This document shows, in pieces, positions 27,519-36,983 of a stretch of DNA of 64,000 nucleotides. Below the pieces are notes generated by a model. It was given only the letters and a program-made list of their open reading frames with translations, made no database searches and was not told the origin of the DNA. The stretch lies in NCBI GenBank assembly GCA_002778455.1, contig PFCD01000001.1, positions 53,445 through 117,444 on the forward strand. The letters are read 5' to 3'. A program made the translations under genes and the position numbers. The stretch is from Candidatus Micrarchaeota archaeon CG10_big_fil_rev_8_21_14_0_10_45_29 (GTDB taxonomy: Archaea; Micrarchaeota; Micrarchaeia; Anstonellales; Anstonellaceae). Positions within the stretch are counted from its first letter, which is position 1; the number at the start of each line of letters is the position of its first letter.

Positions 27519-28284
27519 ATTTGAGAAATCATTTGCACAAACGACAAAAATTCTTCTTGGGGCAGAGCTTGGCTCTTTTTATGATTATTCAAAGTGGCTT
27601 TCTGAGCATGTGTTTTTACCTTATTGCGCAAAATCAAAAAAATCGGGAAAAGAAGTGTGGCTTGCACCCTCGCGGGACTTTCTTGGAAAAAAGTTTGACG
27701 CCGCCCGCATTGTCTCAATGGAGGAGGGGGAAATAAACAAAGAGAACTCCTACTCTTACGAGGACATAAAAGATGCGGATTTGAACTCATTTAGAACTAA
27801 ATTCTGCGAGCCAATAGCCCTGTATCTTGGGAACTTTCGCTACAAAACACATCAAAATGCTCTCAAATCTTCGGGAACAGGAGATTGTGTGAATGTGTAT
27901 ATGGGGGAAGATGTTTATCACGGTGCGCGCAACATCGGCTTTTGCAAAAGCATGCTATACTGCGAAAACATATTCGGATGCCGCGAGGGCACAAACTGCA
28001 AATACTGCATAAACTGCTACGGCTCAACCTACCTCACCAGATGCTTTGAGATGGATTCATGCACAAAATGCTCTGACTCATACTTCTGCCACAACTGCGA
28101 AAATTTGGAAAACTGCCTCTTCTGCTTCAACTCAAAAGGATTGCACTACGCAATAGCAAACATAGAAGTGGGAAAAGAAAAATACATGGAAATAAAAAAG
28201 AAAATCCTCACAGAAATTTCCCAAAAGCTTGAAAAAAACAAAAAACTTGACATAAGCATATTCAACATAGGTGCAAGAAAATGA
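27511..28284 (+). CDS. Cys-rich repeat protein, stand-alone B-type (paralog 5)
   Basis: CINCYGS.YLTRCFEMDSC..CSDSYFCHNCENLENCLFCFN, LDISIFNIG. Confidence 0.85.
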   Translation: MDEFEKSFAQTTKILLGAELGSFYDYSKWLSEHVFLPYCAKSKKSGKEVWLAPSRDFLGKKFDAARIVSMEEGEINKENSYSYEDIKDADLNSFRTKFCEPIALYLGNFRYKTHQNALKSSGTGDCVNVYMGEDVYHGARNIGFCKSMLYCENIFGCREGTNCKYCINCYGSTYLTRCFEMDSCTKCSDSYFCHNCENLENCLFCFNSKGLHYAIANIEVGKEKYMEIKKKILTEISQKLEKNKKLDISIFNIGARK

Positions 28285-29846
28285 GCCAAATAGCAGACGA
28301 GATAAACAAATCCTGGCACGAGACATTCAGGATTCTCTTTGGAACCGATTGCAAGCACAACCTTGAAGAACTCTCTGAATGGCTCTTTCGCGACCATTAT
28401 CCGCCCATGTACGTAAAATCCTCAATTTCCGGCAAACCAGTTACCCTCTGCTCCACAAGATACTCGAAAACTTCAAAATTCATCTCGCAGGAGGAAATAA
28501 GCTATTCCAGAAAGCACCGGCTAGACATAAACAAAATCAAGGATATTGACTCAATTCTTGAGGCAATAGAAGATCGCGCATATTATGCCGGAAACAAAAT
28601 ATTCGGCTCCACAACCAACAGCGAGTCCTGCGACAACATAACCGATTGCCACTATGCATACCATAGCTCTGTATGCTCCCAGTCAAAGCAGCTGGGCTAC
28701 TCTTCATACGCGCGCGACAACAGCGAATACTCCTTCGGCTCTGAAATACACAGCAAAGGCAAATACCTAATCCGGGTTTTGGGGGCCGCCGGCCTGGCCC
28801 GCTGTTTCGAGTCATACATAATAACCAATTCCTCTGACCTTTTCTATACTTTCGACTGCTCTGGCTGCGACAACGCAATGTTTTCCTTCGGCCTGCGCTC
28901 CAAACGATATTGCATAGGCAACCTGCCCCTCGAAAAATCCAAATACCTGCCCCTGAAGAAAAAACTCACCCAAGAAGCGGCAGAATACATAAACAAGCAC
29001 AAAACCTTCCCATCAGTATATGATTTTCCACCCCCAGACAAGTCCAAAATAAAGCCGCTTTCCATAACGCCTACTCTTGCCCCAAAAATGGATTTCAAGC
29101 CCATTGACGAGGCTTTTGAAACCGCCACCAAAGTAATCCTTGGAAAGCCCCTCTCCCCTGTAAAAAATTACCGGAAATTCCTCACAAAGCGCTCGGATGC
29201 CGTGCAGATAATAAAAACTATATTCGGAAGCGAGGGCCTCTACTCCAAGTACTCATGGTATCGCGCCGTCCCCCACGAGCGCGCAATAACCATGGCAGAG
29301 GCGCGCGAGATGGAAAGCCGCCACATAACTTTGAGCGAATCCGAAAATCTGGGCTCAATACTTAAAAAATGCGAAGCCATCGCCTTTTACGCAGTGGATT
29401 TCAAGGAGGGGCAGAACACAAACAACTCATACACCCAGGTGGAATTCAATGCCATAAACTCATACATGTGCGGGGATGTTACCTACTCAAAAAACGCGGC
29501 ATTTGACACAATGGCCTTCCACAGCGAGGCGGTGTTCGGCTGCTTTAGGGCAATACACTCCAAATATTCAATCCGCTGCCATGACTGCTTCCAATTAACC
29601 GCCTGCATGGACATGGACTCATGCTCCTACTGCTCAAATTCAATGTTTTGCCACAACTGCGAAAACCTTGAGAACTGCATGTTCTGCTTCAATGCAAAAA
29701 GCCTCAAATACGCCATAGGCAACGTGGAAGTAGGGAAAGAAAAATACGCCGAGATAAAAAAGAAAATCTGCGATGAAATATTAGCCCAAATAGAAAAAAA
29801 CGGGGATTTGGGCTTTGACATATGCGATTTAGGGTGCAAAAAATGA
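28281..29846 (+). CDS. Cys-rich repeat protein, fused A+B (paralog 6)
   Basis: 521 aa; IKDIDSI, YYAGN, CHNCENLENCMFCFN, IGNVEVGKEKY. Confidence 0.87.
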   Translation: MSQIADEINKSWHETFRILFGTDCKHNLEELSEWLFRDHYPPMYVKSSISGKPVTLCSTRYSKTSKFISQEEISYSRKHRLDINKIKDIDSILEAIEDRAYYAGNKIFGSTTNSESCDNITDCHYAYHSSVCSQSKQLGYSSYARDNSEYSFGSEIHSKGKYLIRVLGAAGLARCFESYIITNSSDLFYTFDCSGCDNAMFSFGLRSKRYCIGNLPLEKSKYLPLKKKLTQEAAEYINKHKTFPSVYDFPPPDKSKIKPLSITPTLAPKMDFKPIDEAFETATKVILGKPLSPVKNYRKFLTKRSDAVQIIKTIFGSEGLYSKYSWYRAVPHERAITMAEAREMESRHITLSESENLGSILKKCEAIAFYAVDFKEGQNTNNSYTQVEFNAINSYMCGDVTYSKNAAFDTMAFHSEAVFGCFRAIHSKYSIRCHDCFQLTACMDMDSCSYCSNSMFCHNCENLENCMFCFNAKSLKYAIGNVEVGKEKYAEIKKKICDEILAQIEKNGDLGFDICDLGCKK

Positions 29847-31426
29847 GCGAACCCCTGCAAACCCTAGAGCGCAAATTCAAGGAGACCTGCAAAATAGTCC
29901 TCGGGGAGCCAGTAGGCGATTTGCAGGAATTTCTCCCATGGCTTTCAATCCATCCGGGCCAAATCAGCGCCAAAAAATCAAGCGTATCCGGAAAGCAGGT
30001 GGTATTTACCCGGATGGAATACGAAGGCAACCGCTTTATCAGCCTAGATGAGGTTGATTTCAGCAAAAAATACCCAAAAATTAATCCGGCCAGCATGGCA
30101 GGAATTGTTTCACTGGCAAAAACTCTTTCAGACCGTTTTTATTATGCAGGAAACCTGATTCTGGGCAATTCAAATTTTGTGGAGAGCAGCACAAACATAT
30201 CTGATTGCCATTATGCCTATGAAGCAATACAGGCAACCAATTCAAAATACATATTCAAGTGCAACCACGGGCGCGAGGACGATTCCCTATTCGGGGTTTA
30301 CGGCTCCGGGGAATCCTCATTCTGCCTAAGCTGCAGCCAGCTTGTGAGGGTAAAGCGCAGCATGGAAACATGGGTGAGCAACAACAGCTCGGATTGCTAT
30401 TATTGCTACGGGCTAGACAGCTGCAGCAACTGCATCTTTTGCTTCCATCTCAAAAACCGGCGCTATTGCGTTGGAAACGTGCAGCTTGAGCCAGAGGAAT
30501 ACGACCGGATAAAGCAAAGGCTATTATCCGAAATCAGGGGAATTCTAAAAAAGGAAAAAAAGATTCCCAGCCTTGTAGACGTTGCAAGAAAATGCAGGCT
30601 TTCAATACCCCCCCTATCCCAAACACGCCGGGACGAGAATTCAACTGAAGTTACAAACAAGAGGAGAATCGAGAACGAATTCGCGCTAACCTTTCTGGTA
30701 TTGTTTGGGCATGCCCCGGAAAGCATAGACAAATACGAGCAATTCCTCAGGCGCCACGTGAGGCTCAGCCAAACATGCAAGTCGGCGGCAAGCGGCAAGA
30801 GCATTGAGATGTGCACCCATGCCCTATTCAGGATAAACCTCCCGCCAGAGAGAATCCTCTGCATGGCAGAGGCGGAAGAACTGGGGGAGAAATACGACAT
30901 TGGCAAGGATGCGGCGCAAACCATATCAATGCAAAATGCTCATGAGAAAATATCCAAAATCGCCTTTTTCGACGCCGATTTCTGGGAGGGGCAAAATTCA
31001 AACATAATAGACTGTGTAGTGCCAGTAGAATCCTCCGACTGCTACAAATCCGTAGCCATGGTATATTCCAAAAACTGCGCATACACCTTCTGGCCTGTAA
31101 ATTCCTCAAACTGCTTTGGCTGCGACACCATCTTCCATTCCTCCAGCTGCATAAACTGCTACCACTCCGTAAAACTCTCCCGCTGCTTCGAGCTGGACTC
31201 CTGCCGCGACTGCTCAGACTCCCTTTTCTGCCACAACATAGAAAACTGCTCAAACTGTCTTTTTTGCTTTAACGTAAAAGCCAAAAGATACGCAATAGGC
31301 AACGTGGAATACCCCAAAGAAGAATACCTAAAACTCAAAAAGAAAATACTCATGGAACTTTCCCAAAAGCTTGAAAAGGATAAGAATCTCGATATATCCA
31401 TATTCAACATAGGGTGCAAAAAATGA
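29843..31426 (+). CDS. Cys-rich repeat protein, fused A+B (paralog 7)
   Basis: A and B motif sets; ATG 29843 overlaps the upstream stop (ATGA) after GGGTG. Confidence 0.87.
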   Translation: MSEPLQTLERKFKETCKIVLGEPVGDLQEFLPWLSIHPGQISAKKSSVSGKQVVFTRMEYEGNRFISLDEVDFSKKYPKINPASMAGIVSLAKTLSDRFYYAGNLILGNSNFVESSTNISDCHYAYEAIQATNSKYIFKCNHGREDDSLFGVYGSGESSFCLSCSQLVRVKRSMETWVSNNSSDCYYCYGLDSCSNCIFCFHLKNRRYCVGNVQLEPEEYDRIKQRLLSEIRGILKKEKKIPSLVDVARKCRLSIPPLSQTRRDENSTEVTNKRRIENEFALTFLVLFGHAPESIDKYEQFLRRHVRLSQTCKSAASGKSIEMCTHALFRINLPPERILCMAEAEELGEKYDIGKDAAQTISMQNAHEKISKIAFFDADFWEGQNSNIIDCVVPVESSDCYKSVAMVYSKNCAYTFWPVNSSNCFGCDTIFHSSSCINCYHSVKLSRCFELDSCRDCSDSLFCHNIENCSNCLFCFNVKAKRYAIGNVEYPKEEYLKLKKKILMELSQKLEKDKNLDISIFNIGCKK

Positions 31427-32148
31427 AAAAAAAGAAACAGCCCCAAGAAATTCAAAAAACCGACTCAAAGCTCAAAGCCGCAACCATTGGCTTCTACCAC
31501 CAAAACTGCCAGACAAGCATAAGCACCGAAAAATTCCCCCACATCACTTTGGAGCAGGTAAGCCCGGTGGTATATTTCAGAAGGGAAAAGGACTGGATGG
31601 ACTACAGCCTCATATGGAACGTAAAGGCCGAAAAAGAGTCCGAATTAGAAGAATACTTAAATTATATAAAAAAGCGAAACGACACAAAGCGCCTCTCCAT
31701 ACTGAACAAATCAGGCACAGAAGCCCTCATCCTCCTGCGCTTCAAATCCCCCTCCTCAAGCTATGAAAAAGTCCTTGAGAGCGGCACAATCCCCACCTCC
31801 CCTGTAATAGCAAAAGAGGGCTTTGAGACATATAATTTGCTTGCAATAAATCCGAAGGGAATCAAAAACCTCTCAAAAGAGCTTGACGCCATAGGGGACG
31901 TGAAAATGATGCGCGTGGGCGAATACAAAAATTCCGGCGACTTGCCATCCCTTACCCACAAGCAAAAAGACGCGCTCATAATGGCGATGATAAACGGCTA
32001 TTACAAATGGCCGAAAAGCACAAATCTTGAAAAGCTCTCAGAGCTTGCAAACATATCCAGAAGAAGCATGCAGGAGAGGCTGCGCCGCGCCGAATCCAAG
32101 CTTTTTCCCCATTTAATCAAAAAACACGTAAAAAAGGGCGAAAAATAG
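31423..32148 (+). CDS. Bacterio-opsin activator-type (HTH_10) transcriptional regulator with N-terminal sensor-like domain
   Basis: C-terminal LTHKQKDAL..A..NGYY.WPK...LEKLSELANISR.SM.ERLRRAESKL matches the archaeal HTH_10 pattern. Confidence 0.88.
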   Translation: MKKKKQPQEIQKTDSKLKAATIGFYHQNCQTSISTEKFPHITLEQVSPVVYFRREKDWMDYSLIWNVKAEKESELEEYLNYIKKRNDTKRLSILNKSGTEALILLRFKSPSSSYEKVLESGTIPTSPVIAKEGFETYNLLAINPKGIKNLSKELDAIGDVKMMRVGEYKNSGDLPSLTHKQKDALIMAMINGYYKWPKSTNLEKLSELANISRRSMQERLRRAESKLFPHLIKKHVKKGEK

Positions 32149-32174
32149 GGCATATGCCCTATGCAAGTTTATTA
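32145..32174 (+). promoter_or_regulatory. Perfect 18-bp palindrome (candidate operator) just upstream of a TATA-like box
   Basis: ATAGGGCATATGCCCTAT at 32145-32162; TTTATTA at 32168-32174; ATG at 32197. Confidence 0.6.
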
Positions 32175-32196
32175 CATTAAACTCCCTTATCCATAT

Positions 32197-33783
32197 ATGC
32201 CTGAACCCCTAGACACGCTGCAACAAAGATGGGATGCCACATGCAAAATATTGCTAGGCGAGCCGATAGGCGCTTTGCAGGATTACAGGGAATGGCTTCT
32301 GGAGCTCACCGAACCCCTCCACCACACCGCCTCCTCAATTTCCGGCAAAAAAACCACATACTACGTAACCAAATACGAAAAAAATTCAAAAAGAATCTCA
32401 TTTGAAGAGATAGATTTTGCCAAAAATTACCCTGCCCCAAATATGGATGCAAAAAATATACAAGAGCTTCTTAACTCAATCTCCGGCCGTTTCCACTACG
32501 CTGGAAACATAATTCTTGGAAAATGCGGCGCAATAGAAAAATCCTCAAATTTGCAAAACTCGTTTTACATGCTTGAGTCCGGCAACTACGACGGCTGCAA
32601 ATACACGGCATACTCTACGGTGGGCAGATTCTCCGAGGACTCATACGGGGGAAACGGCATAGGAAACTCATCCATAGTGCTAAAGTGCAAAGAAACTTTT
32701 GAGAATAAACGCTGCCTTGAGGCATGGATGAGCCAATATGTATCTGACTGCTACTACTCGTACGCTCTTGCAAACTGCTCTGACTGCATGTTTTGCTTCC
32801 ACCTAAAGGGCAAAAAGCACTGCATAGGCAACCTGCAATTAACTCCTGAGCAATACAAGCAAATTAAGAAAAAACTCCTCTCCCAAATGCTCTCCTACTT
32901 AAAAGAGCACAAGCGCCTTCCCTCTTTGGCGGAAATTGCCAGAAATTCAAAATTGGACAAATCCATAATAGAAAAAATAAAATTGCCAGAGTCAAAAAAA
33001 GAGAAAAAAGATTTGCAGGAAATAGAATCTGCCTTCAAAAAAGCCTGCAAACTCATTTTCGGAAAAGAGCTTCCTGGCAAAATAGACGATTATGGCAAAT
33101 GGCTCTCCACAAACAAGAGGGAAATAAAATCATACAAATCCGCAATTTCGGGAAAGCCAGTATTCATTGGTGACTACTGCGCCCTCTTTGATTTGCCAAA
33201 AGACCGCCTCCTAGGGGCGGATGAAGCCCCAGCATTCGCGCAGGCGGCGCATCTCTCTTTAGAAGAAGTGCAAAGCCTTGAATTTTCCAAAATAACCCAA
33301 ATACTTGGGAAAATCGCCTATTTCTCCCCAGAATATTACGAGGGCGCAAGCGCGAACATAATAGACACTCCAACGGCAATGGATTCCTCCAACTGCTACA
33401 AAACATTTGCAACCGTATGGGCAAAATATTGCGCCTATGGCTTCTGGCCGCGAAGCTCCGAATACATTTTCGGCTTTGACACCTGCCTCTCCTCCTCCTT
33501 TTGCATAAACTGCTACAATTCCACCAGCCTCACCCGCTGCTTTGAGATGGACGGGTGTGCAAACTGCTCGGATTCATACTTCTGCCACAACTCAGAATCA
33601 CTCTCAAACTGCCTCTTCTGCTTCAACGTAAAGGCAAAGCACTATGCAATTGGAAACGTAGAGGTGGGAAAAGAAAAATACGAAAAAATAAAAAAAATGG
33701 TTTTGGAAGAAATTGCGAAAAAGCTTGAAAAAGAGAAAAAGCTAGAATTAAATATCTACAACATCGGCTCTTTAAAAAAATAA
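32197..33783 (+). CDS. Cys-rich repeat protein, fused A+B (paralog 8)
   Basis: MPEPLDTLQ start parallels MSEPLQTLE of paralog 7; both motif sets present. Confidence 0.87.
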   Translation: MPEPLDTLQQRWDATCKILLGEPIGALQDYREWLLELTEPLHHTASSISGKKTTYYVTKYEKNSKRISFEEIDFAKNYPAPNMDAKNIQELLNSISGRFHYAGNIILGKCGAIEKSSNLQNSFYMLESGNYDGCKYTAYSTVGRFSEDSYGGNGIGNSSIVLKCKETFENKRCLEAWMSQYVSDCYYSYALANCSDCMFCFHLKGKKHCIGNLQLTPEQYKQIKKKLLSQMLSYLKEHKRLPSLAEIARNSKLDKSIIEKIKLPESKKEKKDLQEIESAFKKACKLIFGKELPGKIDDYGKWLSTNKREIKSYKSAISGKPVFIGDYCALFDLPKDRLLGADEAPAFAQAAHLSLEEVQSLEFSKITQILGKIAYFSPEYYEGASANIIDTPTAMDSSNCYKTFATVWAKYCAYGFWPRSSEYIFGFDTCLSSSFCINCYNSTSLTRCFEMDGCANCSDSYFCHNSESLSNCLFCFNVKAKHYAIGNVEVGKEKYEKIKKMVLEEIAKKLEKEKKLELNIYNIGSLKK

Positions 33784-33792
33784 GAAAAAAAA

Positions 33793-35538
33793 CTACTCCA
33801 GCGGCCCCCTGCCCTTAAAATACGTCTTCTCGCCGGTATAAGGGTCATGCTTTATGCCCAAATCAACATTTATCCAATCCTGCGTATCAACCGTGCGGGT
33901 TATCATGGGGATAATATATTTTTTGCCGTCATATAGGCGGGCAATGCATTCGCGGGTATGCAATTTCACAAACATTTCCCTCTTGGAGGCATCAAGCTCG
34001 GAAGGACTGACGCTTCGCTTGAAAAATTCCTCCACCTTTATATCCATCATGGATGAGAGAAGGCGCGCATCCTCTTTTGTAACGCGAAAAGCGAATATGT
34101 TGCGCGCATTTGAAATAAGGGCATCAAGCACCTCTTTTGAGAGTTGCCCCAAATACTGGGCGGCGGCATAAGTGTATAAATTAAACTTGCGCGTCTCTGC
34201 CAAAATGTCTTTTACAACCTTTGTCTCAACAGTGGGAAATTCATCCACTATAAGCATGGTTTGCATTTTTAGCTTCTCGCTAATCGCCATCATATACATC
34301 TGATTCACTATGGCGCCAGCAAAAAATTTGATTATCCTGCGCCCGAAAAAGTGGGGGTTGAAAGAGACGATTGTAAGCCTCTCGTTTTGCACTATTTTTC
34401 CCAAATCTTCCAAATGCTTTGCCTTTCCCAAATAAAGCATGTATTCGCCTATGAAATTTGTGACGGGCAATATGGCGTCGTTGAAATGGTGCATATAAAT
34501 GTCCTGAAATTCCTTGTCAAAAAACCGCTTTACCTCGTCATTTTGGCTCATGGCGGTGAATTCCATTCTTTTTGAAGAGTCGGTAAGAAGCAAATTAATA
34601 TTCTCAAGGTTCAAATCGTTGATGTCTGCCAAAAGGTGCACAGAGTAAAACACCACTCTCTCCGCGTATTTTGACTCCTGCGCTATTGTGGAGGTAATAA
34701 GCTGAGCAACCAATTGGGTGATAAGCGGGCTTTTTCCTGTGCCCACGTCAAAGGGCTCCACATAATTGTTGCGAAAGTCAATTATTTTCGCGTCAGGGAA
34801 ATATTTTGCAAATTCTCCGTGCGGGTCCACAACAACTATTCGCACATCTTTGTATTTTTGCAAAACCGCTTTTATGAGTATTTGTATAAATTTGGATTTT
34901 CCGCTTCCCGAAGTGCCTACAATGATGCCGTGCTGGAAAACGTCAAAATTATTTACCCCTATGCGCGCGCTGTCGCTCACAAGCACGGGGTTTGGCGACT
35001 CCAAATAAACCGCCTTGGGAATAGGGTCAAGCAATTCTATGTAAAAGAGGGGGTTGTTCTCAAGGTCTATCTCCAAAAATTTCATGGGGTTTGTAAGCGC
35101 AAGCATCCCGCGCCTCCCCCCGTAATCCACAAAATTTCCAAAGCCGTAGTAAATGCCAAAGAATTTTATGACTCTAATCCTTATCTCCTCAACATTTTCC
35201 TTTATCAAAAAGTTGAAGAAATTTGTGCCGCCTACAACTTTTGTTCCAAGGGAAAATTTGCTTTTTGAGAGCTCGAGGGGCGCCGGGTCGTTTATCCTGA
35301 AAGGAAACATCAATGCCGACTGCCCGTATATGTTGTCTTTGTCCTTGATAAACATCTTTATGGTGTTGTTATACCTTTTTATTACAAATTCCACTCCGCG
35401 AAAAGAGAAAGCGCGCGATAGGTCTATTGCCTCCAGGAGCGGTATATGCTTTTTTGTAAGCATGTCAAATGTGCGCTTGTAATCCTCCGAAGTTATTTTT
35501 GGAGCGTAAATGGAGAGCTCTGCGTATTTTTTTGCCAT
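33793..35538 (-). CDS. HerA/FtsK/VirB4-superfamily P-loop ATPase (DUF87-like)
   Basis: HGIIVGTSGSGKS, VVVDPHGE, LIVDEF, ETRKFNL..AAQY..QL. Confidence 0.85.
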   Translation of the reverse strand: MAKKYAELSIYAPKITSEDYKRTFDMLTKKHIPLLEAIDLSRAFSFRGVEFVIKRYNNTIKMFIKDKDNIYGQSALMFPFRINDPAPLELSKSKFSLGTKVVGGTNFFNFLIKENVEEIRIRVIKFFGIYYGFGNFVDYGGRRGMLALTNPMKFLEIDLENNPLFYIELLDPIPKAVYLESPNPVLVSDSARIGVNNFDVFQHGIIVGTSGSGKSKFIQILIKAVLQKYKDVRIVVVDPHGEFAKYFPDAKIIDFRNNYVEPFDVGTGKSPLITQLVAQLITSTIAQESKYAERVVFYSVHLLADINDLNLENINLLLTDSSKRMEFTAMSQNDEVKRFFDKEFQDIYMHHFNDAILPVTNFIGEYMLYLGKAKHLEDLGKIVQNERLTIVSFNPHFFGRRIIKFFAGAIVNQMYMMAISEKLKMQTMLIVDEFPTVETKVVKDILAETRKFNLYTYAAAQYLGQLSKEVLDALISNARNIFAFRVTKEDARLLSSMMDIKVEEFFKRSVSPSELDASKREMFVKLHTRECIARLYDGKKYIIPMITRTVDTQDWINVDLGIKHDPYTGEKTYFKGRGPLE

Positions 35539-35725
35539 TTTCTTTACCTTATGCGGTTGTATTTATTTCCCCAACGTTTTTATTTAAGCTTAACAATGCT
35601 AATTTTACATTATCGCCTATATATTAACACTTCTAATCCTTAAAAATCTTATCAAAGCATGCAAAACCCCTGTTGCGTTGGCAGCAATGTTAATGCCTTA
35701 AATATTATGCCATTTATATATTCCT

Positions 35726-36862
35726 ATGGGACAAACAACACAAAACGCAAAAGAGGCGGCTTCAAATTATTCCAATCCCACACTTAGCGTGCTGGGCTCC
35801 CATTCCGCGCTCGACATCTGCCACGGCGCAAAAGCGCACGAGATTCCAAACCTTGTAGTATGCCAAAAGGGGCGGGAAAAAACATATTCCCAGCATTACA
35901 AGGCGCGCGAAAACGCCATAGGAAGCCAGGGATGCGTTGATGAGATTCTTCTTCTTGAGAAATTCAAAGACATTGCAAACTCGGACTCGCTGGAATTTTT
36001 GAAAAAAAAGCAGGCAATATTTGTGCCTCACCGCTCTTTTTCCGTATATGTGGGGTATGATAAAATAGAGAATGAATTTGAAATCCCTATATTTGGCAAC
36101 CGCTATTTATTGCGCGCAGAAGAGAGGGGTGAGAAAAACAACCAGCGCGATTTGCTTATAAAAGCCGGAATAAAGGTGCCAAAAACCCTCGCCTCGCACG
36201 GGGAAATAAACTCTCTTTGCATAATAAAGGCAAGCGAGGCAAAGCGAAGCTATGAGCGGGCATTCTTTTTTGCATCCACTCCTGCGCAATACGAGGAAAA
36301 ATCAAAAAAAATGGTAGAAAAAGGAATAATTACAAAAGAGGGGCTTGAAGGGGCGCTAATAGAGGAATTTGCACTGGGCGCACCCTTTAACTTCAATTAC
36401 TTTCTCTCTCCCCTCACAGGCGAGCTTGAATTATTGGGAATAGACACGCGGCGCCAGACAAATTTGGACGGCTGGCTTCATCTGCCTGCAGAACAGCAGC
36501 TTGAAATCTCCAAAATGGCAAAAGTAAACAATATAGAGGCAGGGCACATCGCCTGCACAATAAGGGAATCTTTGCTTGAGCAGGTATTTGAAATAGGCGA
36601 GAAATTTGCAAAAACATGCAAAGAAGAATATTCTCCGGGCCTAATAGGGCCCTTTGCATTGCAGGGCGCGCTCGTGCCGGGCGAGAAGGGCGAGGAAATT
36701 ACAATATTTGACGTATCCTTCAGGGTGCCCGGCTCACCGGGCACAAGATTCACTCCATATACCGAATATTTATTCGGCAAATCCGCCTCCGTGGGCTCGC
36801 GCATAGCACTGGAAGTTTCCCAAGCGCTAAAAACCGGCAAAATAGAGAGAATAATAACATAA
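35726..36862 (+). CDS. PurP-like ATP-grasp protein (FAICAR synthetase family)
   Basis: LGSHSALDI..GAK, PHRSF, FGNRYLLRAEER, QTNLDG, IRESLLE, GPFALQ, RVPGSP. Confidence 0.88.
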   Translation: MGQTTQNAKEAASNYSNPTLSVLGSHSALDICHGAKAHEIPNLVVCQKGREKTYSQHYKARENAIGSQGCVDEILLLEKFKDIANSDSLEFLKKKQAIFVPHRSFSVYVGYDKIENEFEIPIFGNRYLLRAEERGEKNNQRDLLIKAGIKVPKTLASHGEINSLCIIKASEAKRSYERAFFFASTPAQYEEKSKKMVEKGIITKEGLEGALIEEFALGAPFNFNYFLSPLTGELELLGIDTRRQTNLDGWLHLPAEQQLEISKMAKVNNIEAGHIACTIRESLLEQVFEIGEKFAKTCKEEYSPGLIGPFALQGALVPGEKGEEITIFDVSFRVPGSPGTRFTPYTEYLFGKSASVGSRIALEVSQALKTGKIERIIT

Positions 36863-36983
36863 GAAAAGGCAATGGGCAGCAAATAAAGAAAAAAGCGATT
36901 GCTTAATATAGCGCAAAAGCGCAAGAAAATATAAAAAATAAAAAGCAGGCGCAAAAAATTCAAGGCAAGATTGGTGCATTATA

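Noticed and set aside
23660-33783. Diversity-generating retroelement acting on the Cys-rich paralogs
   Set aside because: No reverse transcriptase is in the window, and the 94-bp repeat pair is identical rather than differing at adenines as a TR/VR pair would.
23204-35538. Integrated mobile element or integron
   Set aside because: No integrase, transposase, tRNA target or convincing att/attC repeats were seen.
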